Below are positions 9,308 to 18,598 of a DNA stretch of 64,000 nucleotides, one piece after another. Source of the stretch: Polyangiales bacterium (GTDB taxonomy: Bacteria > Myxococcota_A > Polyangia > Polyangiales > Ga0077539). The position numbers and the translations under genes were made by a program. Below the pieces are notes generated by a model that saw only the letters and a program-made list of their open reading frames with translations, made no database searches and was not told the origin of the DNA. The stretch covers positions 448,001-512,000 of the forward strand of contig JBGARZ010000006.1 in the NCBI GenBank assembly GCA_044229975.1. The letters are read 5' to 3'. Numbering within the stretch: the first letter of the stretch is position 1; each line of letters begins with the position of its first letter.

Positions 9308-11590
9308 ATGACGCCGACGATCATCAACGCCCTGCTCGGGCCGACCAACACCGGCAAGACCCACCGGGCCGTCGAGCGCATGCTCGAACACCCCACCGGC
9401 ATGATCGGCCTCCCGCTGCGCCTCCTGGCGCGCGAGGTCTACGACCGCGTCAGCACCCGCGTGGGCGAAGCGCGCGTCGCGCTGATGACCGGCGAGGAGA
9501 AGCGCGTCCCGGCGCGGCCCGATTACTGGGTGTGCACCGTCGAGGCGATGCCGCTCGACCGGCCGGTGGACTTCCTCGCGGTCGACGAGATACAGCTCGC
9601 GGCGCATCAGCAGCGCGGGCATGTGTTTACCGATCGACTGCTCAACGCGCGGGGTGAGCGGGAGACGTGGTTCATGGGGTCGGACACCGCGGTCGGCGTG
9701 GTGGGCGAGCTCGTGCCGACGGCGAAGGTGTCGAGCGCGCCGCGGTTCTCGAAGCTGAGCGCGGCGGAGACGGTGCCGCTGGCGAGGGTTCCGCGGAGGA
9801 GCGCGGTGGTGGCCTTCTCGATGGAGCAGGTCTACGAGCTCGCCGAGAAGCTGCGTGCGATGAAGGGCGGGACGGCCGTGGTGCTGGGCGCGCTGTCACC
9901 GCGGGCGCGCAACGCGCAGGTGGCGATGTTCCAGTCGGGCGAGGTCGACTACCTCGTGGCGACGGACGCCATCGGCATGGGGCTCAACCTCGACGTGAAG
10001 CACGTGGCCTTCGCGTCGCTGCGGAAGTTCGACGGGCGCGTGGCGCGCGAGCTCGACCCCGCGGAGCTCGGTCAGATCGCCGGTCGCGCGGGCCGCCACC
10101 TGCAAGACGGAACCTTCAGCGCCCTCGCCCCGCACGTCATCCCCGCGGACGTGAGAGCGCAGATCGAGAGCCAGCGGTTTGCGCCGCTGCGCAAGGTGGT
10201 GTGGCGTTCGAGCGCGCTGGATTTCAGCTCGGTGGCGGCGCTCACGGCGGCGCTGAAGGTTCCGGCGCCGAGGCGCATCCTCACGCGGGTGCAGCAGGCG
10301 GAGGACGAGGCCGCGCTGGCGGCGCTGCTGGTGCGCACCGACGTGCGCGAGCGAGCGACGGGGGCGAAGCGGGTCGAGGCGCTGTGGGAGGTGAGCACGG
10401 TGCCCGACTTCCGTCGGCTGCTCTTCGAGGACCACGTCGGTCAGCTCGCGTCGGTCTACGTCGAGCTCTGCGACCACGGTCGGCTGCGGGACGACTTCAT
10501 CCGCGCGGGGGTTGTTCCGCTCGAAGACCTGACGGGTGACGTCGACACCCTGGTGGCGCGCCTCGCGACGGTGCGAACGTGGTCGTACCTGGTCAACCGC
10601 GGATCCTGGATCGACGACGCCGCGCACTGGCAGGAGCGCACGCGCGCCCTCGAAGACCAGTTGAGCGACGCGCTGCACGCGCGGCTGGTGCAGCGCTTCG
10701 TGGACGAGCCCGCGCCCGCGAAGCAGGCATCACCGCGACCGCGTCGGATGATGACCGAGGCGGAGACGAAGCCGGTCGACCCGCGGCATCCCTTCGCGGC
10801 GCTGAAGGGGATGCGGGCGGCGCTCGGTCCGAAGGTGGCGGCGACGACGGCCTCACCGACGGCGTGGATGGAGGAGCTCATCGACGCACCGCACGCGCGG
10901 TTTACGCTCAACGGTAAAGGACAGGTGCTGCTGGTGCCTGAAGGCGAGGTGCTGGCGGTGTTGGTGGCGGGCGCGTCGGTGACGCTGCCGGATGTGCAGT
11001 TGGAGACGTCGCGCGCGCTGGCTGCGCTGGGTGGTGGGGCGCGCACGCGGCTGTTGCGTCGGCTGGTGGCGTGGTCGCGCGACGAGGTTCACGCGCTGCT
11101 GGCGCCGGTGGAGCAGGCGGCGGGCGAGGCGGTGGACGCGGCGTGGTGGCGGGGATTGCACCACCAGCTGGCGCAAGGGTTGGGCTGCGCGATGACGTCG
11201 GAGGTGGCGGGCGTGCTGGCGGACGTCGACCGCGACGCGCTGGCGGCGAGGGGGTTGGTGCTGGGAGCGCGGGTGGTGTTCGCGCGGGCGCTGCTGACGG
11301 CGGAGGCGGTGGCGCGGCGGGTGGTGCTGGTGCGGGCGCGCTACGGGAAGGGCGTGCGGGCGCCGGCCGAGGGCGCGGCGTCGATGGCGGTGGAGACGGG
11401 TGTGTCGCCGCGGGCGTACCTGGCGATGGGGTATCCCGTGATGGGCGGCAGAGGCGTGCGCGCGGACGTGGTGGAGCGCATCGCGGCGGCGTGCGCGACG
11501 GAGGACGGGCGGCGGTCGCCGTTTGCGCAGTGGCTGGGATGCGGCGCGCGCGAGGCCGAGCGGGTGGTGGAGGCGATCGCGCCGGGGTAG
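9308..11590 (+). CDS. SUV3-like (MgpS-type) SF2 helicase
   Basis: LGPTNTGKT, PLRLLAREVY, CTVEAMP, VDEIQ, ATDAIGMGLN and QIAGRAGR motifs. ATG at 9308 just before motif I. Confidence 0.92.
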   Translation: MTPTIINALLGPTNTGKTHRAVERMLEHPTGMIGLPLRLLAREVYDRVSTRVGEARVALMTGEEKRVPARPDYWVCTVEAMPLDRPVDFLAVDEIQLAAHQQRGHVFTDRLLNARGERETWFMGSDTAVGVVGELVPTAKVSSAPRFSKLSAAETVPLARVPRRSAVVAFSMEQVYELAEKLRAMKGGTAVVLGALSPRARNAQVAMFQSGEVDYLVATDAIGMGLNLDVKHVAFASLRKFDGRVARELDPAELGQIAGRAGRHLQDGTFSALAPHVIPADVRAQIESQRFAPLRKVVWRSSALDFSSVAALTAALKVPAPRRILTRVQQAEDEAALAALLVRTDVRERATGAKRVEALWEVSTVPDFRRLLFEDHVGQLASVYVELCDHGRLRDDFIRAGVVPLEDLTGDVDTLVARLATVRTWSYLVNRGSWIDDAAHWQERTRALEDQLSDALHARLVQRFVDEPAPAKQASPRPRRMMTEAETKPVDPRHPFAALKGMRAALGPKVAATTASPTAWMEELIDAPHARFTLNGKGQVLLVPEGEVLAVLVAGASVTLPDVQLETSRALAALGGGARTRLLRRLVAWSRDEVHALLAPVEQAAGEAVDAAWWRGLHHQLAQGLGCAMTSEVAGVLADVDRDALAARGLVLGARVVFARALLTAEAVARRVVLVRARYGKGVRAPAEGAASMAVETGVSPRAYLAMGYPVMGGRGVRADVVERIAAACATEDGRRSPFAQWLGCGAREAERVVEAIAPG

Positions 11591-11638
11591 GTGTTCCTGG
11601 CGGCGCGGAAGCGCGGCGAGCGTCTCACGGAGGAGTTC

Positions 11639-11881
11639 ATGGTCGATCTCACCGAAGCCTACGAGTACATGGATCGTCAGCACGAGGAGGGGCGCGCGGA
11701 GGGAGCCCGCTCGATGCTGGTGCGCCTCACCGAGCTGAAGCTCGCGCGACCGCTGACAGACGCCGAGCGCGCCGCCATGCTCGGTCGCCTCGACCTTGAT
11801 GGCGTCGAGTCCGTCGGCGGAGCATTGGTGTCTCTCGACCGCGACGCCCTCGCGCTCTGGCTCGCCGCCACCCGCGGCTGA
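11639..11881 (+). CDS. Small protein resembling the C-terminal domain of Rpn/YhgA-like proteins (DUF4351-like)
   Basis: GGAGGAG at 11629-11635 before ATG 11639. EEGRAEGARSMLVRL...LxLWL pattern typical of Rpn C-termini. Confidence 0.65.
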   Translation: MVDLTEAYEYMDRQHEEGRAEGARSMLVRLTELKLARPLTDAERAAMLGRLDLDGVESVGGALVSLDRDALALWLAATRG

Positions 11882-11918
11882 GCGGCGTCCCCGCGTCAAC
11901 CCGTCCGTCCGCGCTCCC

Positions 11919-13022
11919 TCAGTTGAGCTGCTCGCACGGCAGTTTCACCCGCATCACCCAGCCCGCCGCCGCGCGCTTCACCTCGGCGCTTCCCCCCAGC
12001 GACGCGACCCTCCCGCGAATCGACGCCAGCGCCTTCCGCGAGCGCCCGCCCTCGTTGACCGTTCCGTCGTCTTCGACCTCCAGCACGAGGCCCCCGTCGG
12101 CGCGCCGCAGCGTCACCGCGATGCTCCGCGCCTCGGCCTCGCGCAGCGCGTGGCTCGCGGCCTCCTGGGTCACCTTCATCACCCCCTGGCGCATCTTGTT
12201 GCTGGGCGGTGCGAGGCCCTTCAGCTCGGCGTGCACCGTCGAGCTCACCCCGGCGTCGTCGCACAGCGTCGTGATGCTCGTGCGGATGCGGTCGACCAGG
12301 CCCTCCCACCCGGCGTCGTCGCTCGCGGCGGCCGCCTCGCGCTCGCTCTCCTTCGCCTCCGACGCGTTGCTGCGCAGCGTGCGCGCGGACGACGCGGCCA
12401 GCGTGAGCCCCGGCGACGAGGTGCGCTCGCGGTGGGGCCTGGGGCGCTCGCGGCGGTCGTTGAGCAGCGCCTCGCGCTCGGCGAGCAGCAGCGCCAGGGA
12501 GTGCGTCGCCCGCGCCAGCCACGCGTGCGCCATGACCATCAGCGCGACGACGAGGCCGTAGGGGAGCGTCGGGCCGCGCGAGGCGAGCGCGCGCACGACG
12601 AGGCCGCTGAGCCCGGCGACGGCCGCCATGATCATGGTGCGCGGCGTCGGAACCCGCAGGGCGCAGAGCACCATCGCGACGCCGTAGAGGAAGAGCCCGA
12701 CGGTGACAGGCGCCTTGCCGAGGGCGCCGAGCCACGCGAAGGAGACGAGCGAGAGCGACCAGGTGAACGTGTCGCCGAGCGACCAGCGCGACGAGCGACC
12801 CTCCGACGCGGTTCCGGCCGCAGAGGCCGCGAAGGCGAGGCCGCCGAGCAGCGAGGGCCACGCCGTCGGTTGCACCAGCCAGTCTTCCAGCCTCGGGAAG
12901 ACCTTGGCGATGAGCGGGAGCATCGCGCCGAGGCCCGAGAGCACCGCGAGGTGCCACCGTCGTTGTCGAGCGCTTCGGAGGTCGAGCAACACCGTCACCA
13001 TTGGATGAACGCCGACGCGCAC
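11919..13022 (-). CDS. Multi-TM membrane protein with degenerate NarX-type HATPase domain (pseudo histidine kinase)
   Basis: About six hydrophobic helices, then VTQEAASHALRE, LVLEVEDDG, IRGRVASLGG and RVKLP matching the HATPase_c layout. Exact start uncertain (13022 or 13001). Confidence 0.75.
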   Translation of the reverse strand: MRVGVHPMVTVLLDLRSARQRRWHLAVLSGLGAMLPLIAKVFPRLEDWLVQPTAWPSLLGGLAFAASAAGTASEGRSSRWSLGDTFTWSLSLVSFAWLGALGKAPVTVGLFLYGVAMVLCALRVPTPRTMIMAAVAGLSGLVVRALASRGPTLPYGLVVALMVMAHAWLARATHSLALLLAEREALLNDRRERPRPHRERTSSPGLTLAASSARTLRSNASEAKESEREAAAASDDAGWEGLVDRIRTSITTLCDDAGVSSTVHAELKGLAPPSNKMRQGVMKVTQEAASHALREAEARSIAVTLRRADGGLVLEVEDDGTVNEGGRSRKALASIRGRVASLGGSAEVKRAAAGWVMRVKLPCEQLN

Positions 13023-13072
13023 ACTAGCTCAGTCCCGCGACGGCCGCGACCGTCGCTACGACGTGCGTCGCC

Positions 13073-15109
13073 CTACGGCGTCGGCGCGAGGCGGGCGAGG
13101 GCGGTGCGCGCCTGGGAGAGATCGGGCTGCACGCGCAGGGCGGCGCGGAGATGGGTGACGGCCTCGGCGAGGTTGGCGGCGCCCCCGACGCCCTCCAACA
13201 ACAGCGCGAGGTTGGTGTGGGCGTAGGCGTAGTTGGGGTCGTCGACGAGGGCGGCGCGGTACGCGGCGATGGCCTCGGGGCCGTGGCCCTGGAGGGCGAG
13301 CACGCGGCCGAGGTTGTAGTTGGCCTTGGCGCGCAGGGCGGTGCGCTCGGCCTCGGTGGTCTGCCACGCGGGGCCGCGGCGCAGGGCCTCGCGGAAGCGG
13401 GTGGCGGCCTCGTCGAGGCGGTTCTGGTTGGAGGCCACGACCCCGAGGTTGACCAGCGCGAGGGCGTTGTTGGGGTCGGTGCGGAGCTGTTGTTCCCAGT
13501 CCTGCTGGGCGGTGGCGGCCTCGGTGCCGTTGGTCACGAGGATGGCGAGGCGCGCGCGCGCGGTCGGGTCTTGGGGGCGGTAGCGCACGGCGGTGCGGTA
13601 CATCTCGATGGCCTCGTCGACGCGGCCCTGCGCTTCGAGGGTGAGGCCGAGCGGCGCGTAGGAGAACGTCGCGACCCGCGGCGCGACGGCGATGGAGGCG
13701 CGGTAGTAGCGCTCGGCCTCGGCCCAGCGGCGCGCGAGGTGGGCCTCTTCGCCGAGGGACGCGAGGGCGTGATACGGCATCGGGTCGGTGGCGCGCCACT
13801 CCTGGAGGAAGGCGTGGTTGGTGACGTAGTAGCCGCCGCGGTGGACGGTCACGACGGCCGCGAGGGCGGTGAGCAGCGCGAGCGCGGCGAGGGCGGGGCG
13901 ACGGCGCGTGGGCTCGACCGCGGAGGAGAAGAGCACGCCGAGGATGCCCACGGCGGCGGGCAGCGCGAGGAGCACGTAGCGCTCGGCGAAGCGGGTCTCC
14001 TGCTTGAAAAGGTTGGCCGTCGGAAACACGGCGAAGACGAACCACCCGGCCCAGAAGATCACGGGCCGTCGCAGGTCGGGCCACGCGCGGCGGGCGAGCG
14101 CGGCGAGGAGCCCGACGACGCCGAGCACCACGAAGACCTTGGGGAGGGAGAACCACCCTTCGACGGGCGGTTCGTAGAAGAGCCGCCAGGTGGGGAGGAA
14201 GATGGACTGGAGGGTGTAGAGCGTGGACAGCCACGGTCCGGAGGGTTCGTCGTCGAGGATGAACCGCGGCGCGCTGTCGGCCGAGAGCATGGCGCCGCGC
14301 AGCGCAAACCACGCGAGGCCCATCACGGCGACGGGCGCGTACCGCTTCACCCAGCGGCCGAGCGAGCGACCGGGTGAGTCGTACGAGAGGTCGCAGAGGT
14401 CGGCCCAGACGAAGAAGAGCGGGAGCGCGACGGCCTGCTCCTTGAGCAGCAGCGAGACGCCGAGGAGGCCGACGGCGGAGGCGTGGGCGCGCGGTCCGGG
14501 TCGGGTCCAGGCGACCATGGCGGCGAGGACGGCGGCGAAGCACGCGAGGGTCTCGGGGCCGACGGACGCGGCGTAGACGCCTTCGGAGGCGGTCGGGTGG
14601 AGCGCGACGAGGAGCCCGGCGAGCACGGCGACCGCGGGCGTGATGCCGAGCTCGGGGAGCGTGAAGAGCGAGCGCGCGAGGGCGGCGACGAGGCCCATGA
14701 GGGCGGCGTTGAAGAGGTGATAGGGAGCGGGCTCTTCGCCGAACACCATGTGCTCGGTGGCGAGCAGCAGGCGTGAGAGGGGGCGGTAGTAGGGGAGGTG
14801 GTTCCAGTGAACCTGGGAGACGGATTCGAGGAGGGCGTCGATGGTGCGCGGGCGCGGCGGCGTCAGGATGAGGGGGTAGTCGTCGTAGACGAAGGCGTTG
14901 GTGGCCCGCAGCGCATAGACGCTGGCGACCGCGGCCCCGACCGGGAACGACCAGCGGTCGAAGACGGGCGGCAGCGGCGGGCGCTCGCGGGGCGGCGGCT
15001 CGACGGGCTCGTCATCGAGCGGGGCGGTGACGGCATCGGGTCGACGCGCCGACTTGGGGACGGTGCGCCAGGCGGCGGGTGATTTGGGAGCGCGCGGGGC
15101 CTTCGCCAC
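13073..15109 (-). CDS. TMTC-like GT-C glycosyltransferase with C-terminal TPR repeats
   Basis: FVYDD, YYRPL, YHLFN, HP..SE.V, LLKEQA and AERY motifs, many TM helices, TPR repeats (ALVNLG, ANYNLG, AHTNLA). Confidence 0.88.
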   Translation of the reverse strand: MAKAPRAPKSPAAWRTVPKSARRPDAVTAPLDDEPVEPPPRERPPLPPVFDRWSFPVGAAVASVYALRATNAFVYDDYPLILTPPRPRTIDALLESVSQVHWNHLPYYRPLSRLLLATEHMVFGEEPAPYHLFNAALMGLVAALARSLFTLPELGITPAVAVLAGLLVALHPTASEGVYAASVGPETLACFAAVLAAMVAWTRPGPRAHASAVGLLGVSLLLKEQAVALPLFFVWADLCDLSYDSPGRSLGRWVKRYAPVAVMGLAWFALRGAMLSADSAPRFILDDEPSGPWLSTLYTLQSIFLPTWRLFYEPPVEGWFSLPKVFVVLGVVGLLAALARRAWPDLRRPVIFWAGWFVFAVFPTANLFKQETRFAERYVLLALPAAVGILGVLFSSAVEPTRRRPALAALALLTALAAVVTVHRGGYYVTNHAFLQEWRATDPMPYHALASLGEEAHLARRWAEAERYYRASIAVAPRVATFSYAPLGLTLEAQGRVDEAIEMYRTAVRYRPQDPTARARLAILVTNGTEAATAQQDWEQQLRTDPNNALALVNLGVVASNQNRLDEAATRFREALRRGPAWQTTEAERTALRAKANYNLGRVLALQGHGPEAIAAYRAALVDDPNYAYAHTNLALLLEGVGGAANLAEAVTHLRAALRVQPDLSQARTALARLAPTP

Positions 15110-15157
15110 GGGGCGGAGGTTACACCGAAGGCATTGGGCGGATGGACGGGAAGTCGC

Positions 15158-16021
15158 TCAGACGTCGATGTGCCGCAGCTTCATCTGCACGTCGCTCGAC
15201 CAGTGCGCCGCGAACCCGCGCACGCACGTCGACAGGTACCGGTCGTAGTCCTCGAAGACCTGGTCGCCCCACTTCGCGCGGATGGCCGTCTCCTGCAGGC
15301 GCATCCGCCGCAGCCACTCGGCCGTGGTCTTGCCGTAGTCGGTGCGGCGGGTCTTCAGCTCCACCACCTCCCAGTACGGGTTCACCGCGGCGATGAGCTC
15401 CTCCAGCCGGGGGTTGAGCCCGCCCGGGAAGATGACGTCCGCCGTGAACTTCAGGTCGGCGATGTCCTGTCGCACGCGCGGAACCCGGTTGCGCAGGATC
15501 GCCTGGAACCCGAAGTAGCTCCCCGGCTTCACCCACGACGCGCACTTCTTGAAGTACTCGCGGTAGATCTCGATCGCCACGTCCTTGCCCTGGTTGGCCT
15601 GCGCGGGCGAGCAGAGGTGGTCGATCATCTCGATGGAGACGAGCGCGTCGTACTTCTCCTTCGGCTGATAATCCCGGTAGTCGGTGAGGAAGACCTCGAC
15701 GCCCGGCATCTTGCGCGCCTTGAGCTCCTCGAACTGCGCCGACGAGAGCGTGATGCCGTGCGCGCGCTTCGTCTGCCGCGCGACGCTGAGGTACTCGAGG
15801 TTGGCGCCCCACCCGCAGCCGATGTCGAGGATCAGCTTGTCGGGGTTCATCTCTGCGTACTCGTAGAGCACGCGGGACTTGTTCACCTGGGCCTGCTCCA
15901 GCGTCTCGTTTTCCCGCTCGTAGACCGCGCAGGTGTAGTGCATCCGCTCGTCGAGCCAGAGGCGGAAGAACTCGTTGGAGACGTCGTAGCTGACCTCGAC
16001 CTCGTGCTTCGTGCTCGTCAT
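15158..16021 (-). CDS. Cyclopropane-fatty-acyl-phospholipid synthase family SAM methyltransferase
   Basis: YDVSNEFFRLWLD..MHYTCA, LEQAQ, LDIGCGWG, GITLS..Q, IFPGG, Y.KT...W. ATG at 16021. Confidence 0.92.
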   Translation of the reverse strand: MTSTKHEVEVSYDVSNEFFRLWLDERMHYTCAVYERENETLEQAQVNKSRVLYEYAEMNPDKLILDIGCGWGANLEYLSVARQTKRAHGITLSSAQFEELKARKMPGVEVFLTDYRDYQPKEKYDALVSIEMIDHLCSPAQANQGKDVAIEIYREYFKKCASWVKPGSYFGFQAILRNRVPRVRQDIADLKFTADVIFPGGLNPRLEELIAAVNPYWEVVELKTRRTDYGKTTAEWLRRMRLQETAIRAKWGDQVFEDYDRYLSTCVRGFAAHWSSDVQMKLRHIDV

Positions 16022-16070
16022 GGCGCCGACGGATAACCCCGGTCGCGGAAACCCGTCAACGCCACCCGGG

Positions 16071-16769
16071 CTACGCGCCCCCGTCACCCAAAGCCGCACG
16101 ACACACGGGCCGCTGCGACTCCTGCTCCTGCAACGCGTTGAGCACGTCGACCAGCCGCTGCACGCCCACCGGCGCGTTGACGCAGCCCTCCGCGGGGCCC
16201 GTGCGGCAAGGGTTTCCCACATAGACGAAGCGCCCGTTGCGGGTGACGAAGAACACCTCCCCGTCGATGGGCCGGCTGTCCACCCCGTAGAAGACCGCTC
16301 CCGCATCACTCGCCGTCGCCGCCTGGAAGGCCGCCGTGACGTCCGCGTTGTTGAGCGCCGTCGCGAGCGTGTCGACCGTCACATCGTCCGTCGCACCACA
16401 CGCCGGGATGGTGGTCTCGCAGCGGGCCGTCGCCCCACCCGCGCGCATCTGCTCCAGCAGGAAGCGGCGCGGCGACGAGACCGAGTACGTGGTCACATCG
16501 GCGCGCAATCCCCCTTCGCGACCGAAGCGGAGGTCACCGCCGGGGACGGCCTCGGCGCACGGACCATCCCGGAAGCCCGCGTCGAGCAGCGGCGCAACAT
16601 CCGTGAGATCGACGACCTCGGGCGCCATGCCCCGATCGACCTGGGGGATGTCCCGGTTGGGGACGTCGAAGCCCGGCGGAACATCACTGCGGTTGTCGGT
16701 GAAGCTGGTCGGAGCATCTTCGCAGGCCGAGACGACCGCGACGAGAAGGGGAAGGAGGGCGAAGCGCAT
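16071..16769 (-). CDS. Hypothetical lipoprotein
   Basis: MRFALLPLLVAVVSA-C lipobox, DVP-type linker, small Cys-containing globular domain. Confidence 0.8.
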   Translation of the reverse strand: MRFALLPLLVAVVSACEDAPTSFTDNRSDVPPGFDVPNRDIPQVDRGMAPEVVDLTDVAPLLDAGFRDGPCAEAVPGGDLRFGREGGLRADVTTYSVSSPRRFLLEQMRAGGATARCETTIPACGATDDVTVDTLATALNNADVTAAFQAATASDAGAVFYGVDSRPIDGEVFFVTRNGRFVYVGNPCRTGPAEGCVNAPVGVQRLVDVLNALQEQESQRPVCRAALGDGGA

Positions 16770-16778
16770 AGGAGGGGT

Positions 16779-18494
16779 TCAGAGATTTTCGGTGGAGGGT
16801 GACCACGCATAGACGGGCGCAGGCGCGGGGGCCGACGCGGCGTGGCCGAGGGCGTGACGGAGGCGGGTGAGCAGGGGATTGAGGCTGCGCGCGTCGCGGG
16901 CGTCGATGGCCACGCCGTGCCCCGCGCGGGCGAGCGTAGCGGCTACCCCGAGCGGCGCGAGGTCGCTCTTGTTGAACACCTTGATGCGCGGCAGGTGGTG
17001 CAGATCGAGCGCCTTGAGCAGCGACTCGGTGGTCTCGATGTGGTCTTCGTAGCGGGCGTCGGAGGCGTCGATGACGTGGAGCAGCACGTCCGCCTCGGCG
17101 GCCTCCTCGAAGGTCGCGCGGAAGGCGGCGACGAGGTCCTTCGGCAGATCGCGGATGAAGCCCACCGTGTCGGTGAGGATCATCTCCGTCGGCATCCCAT
17201 CGCCCTCCTTCACGCCGTGGTCGGCGTTGAAGGTGAGGCGCCGCGAGCGCGGATCGAGCGTCGCGAAGAGCTTGTCCTCGGCGATCACCCCCGCACCCGT
17301 CAGCGTGTTGAGCAGGGTGCTCTTACCCGCGTTGGTATAACCGACCAGCGCGGCGACCCGCAGGCCCGACTTCGCGCGGCGCTGACGGCGCTGGCGACGC
17401 TGACCGGAGAGTTCCTTGAGCTGCGATTCGAGGTGGGCGATGCGGTCGCGGGCGCGGCGGCCGGCGATCTCCAGCTTGGTCTCGCCAGGGCCTCGTCCAC
17501 CGATGCCACCTGACAAGCGCGAGAGGGCGTCGTCCTTCTGGCCGAGGCGCGGCAGCATGTACTTGAGCTGCGCGAGCTCGACCTGGAGCTTGCCGTCTCT
17601 CGTCTCGGCGCGTTGGGCGAAGATGTCGAGGATGAGCTGCGTTCGGTCGATGACCTTGAGGTCGGTGACCGCCGAGATGGACGTAACCTGCGAGGGCGCG
17701 AGGTCGCGGTCGAAGATGAGCACATCCGCGTCGCGCTGGAGCGCGCGAAGCATCACCTCGTCGAGCTTGCCCTTGCCGAGCACGAAGCGCGGGTCGACCT
17801 GATCGCGCACCTGGGCGACCTCGTCGACGACGACCACGCCCGCGGTGCGAGCCAGTTCACGCAGCTCGCGCAGGGAGTCCTCGATGAAGTGCGCCTTGCG
17901 CTTGTCGGTGACGTGCACGAGCACCGCGCGGCCGTCGTGGTGCACGGCCTTGCGCGAGCGGGCGAGGCGGTTGAACTCCTCCTCCACCGAGCGAATCATC
18001 GCGAGGAAATCGGTGTCGAGCGTGCGATGCAGGGAGGTCGGGCCCTCCTCGCGCCACATCTTGTTGGCGTGGTTTTCGGGGAGGAGGTGCGCCCAGAAGA
18101 CATCCCCGACGGTCGCGTCGGGCTTCGCGTGGATGGCAGCCACGAGGTCGAAGCGCAGGCGCGTGAGGTCGACGAGGTCGTCGTGCGTCAACGGCTCTCC
18201 GCGCAGGTGCGTGTGCACGAGGCGCAGTCCGCGAAACCGCCCGTCCGCCGCGCGGAGGCGGCCCACGTCGGGGAGCATGAGCTTGTGCGCATCACCGACG
18301 ATGACGTGCTCCACCGCGCCGCTGCGATGCACCAGCACGCCCACCTGCCGCCCGGTGGCGACGGATGCTTCGACGAGGGACTTCGCGAGTTCGGGGGAGA
18401 GGATGCGGTCCGAAGGGACGCGCCGACGGTAGATGCGCTCGAGCGCGCTCTTGTCACTGGGGGAGAGGCCCGTGGTGTTGCCGTAGATCTCGAT
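16779..18494 (-). CDS. hflX: Ribosome-splitting GTPase HflX (long N-terminal form), probable ATC start
   Basis: GYTNAGKS, DKLFATLD, DTVGF, NKSD, LILDIFAQRA, GKLQVELAQL and GPGETKLE motifs. N-terminus IEIYGNTTGL follows a perfect Shine-Dalgarno. Confidence 0.95.
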   Translation of the reverse strand: MEIYGNTTGLSPSDKSALERIYRRRVPSDRILSPELAKSLVEASVATGRQVGVLVHRSGAVEHVIVGDAHKLMLPDVGRLRAADGRFRGLRLVHTHLRGEPLTHDDLVDLTRLRFDLVAAIHAKPDATVGDVFWAHLLPENHANKMWREEGPTSLHRTLDTDFLAMIRSVEEEFNRLARSRKAVHHDGRAVLVHVTDKRKAHFIEDSLRELRELARTAGVVVVDEVAQVRDQVDPRFVLGKGKLDEVMLRALQRDADVLIFDRDLAPSQVTSISAVTDLKVIDRTQLILDIFAQRAETRDGKLQVELAQLKYMLPRLGQKDDALSRLSGGIGGRGPGETKLEIAGRRARDRIAHLESQLKELSGQRRQRRQRRAKSGLRVAALVGYTNAGKSTLLNTLTGAGVIAEDKLFATLDPRSRRLTFNADHGVKEGDGMPTEMILTDTVGFIRDLPKDLVAAFRATFEEAAEADVLLHVIDASDARYEDHIETTESLLKALDLHHLPRIKVFNKSDLAPLGVAATLARAGHGVAIDARDARSLNPLLTRLRHALGHAASAPAPAPVYAWSPSTENL

Positions 18495-18502
18495 GGTCGA
18501 TG

Positions 18503-18509
18503 ACCTCCT
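18503..18509 (-). promoter_or_regulatory. Shine-Dalgarno AGGAGGT for hflX
   Basis: Plus-strand ACCTCCT at 18503-18509, 8 nt from the in-frame ATC at 18494. Confidence 0.75.
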
Positions 18510-18598
18510 GTGGGGAACGCCGCAGTCGACGGGCAGTATGCGCCCATCCTGCGGACTCTCCCAGGGACTTGCCAGTGGGGGTGACGGTGGACGTGCGG

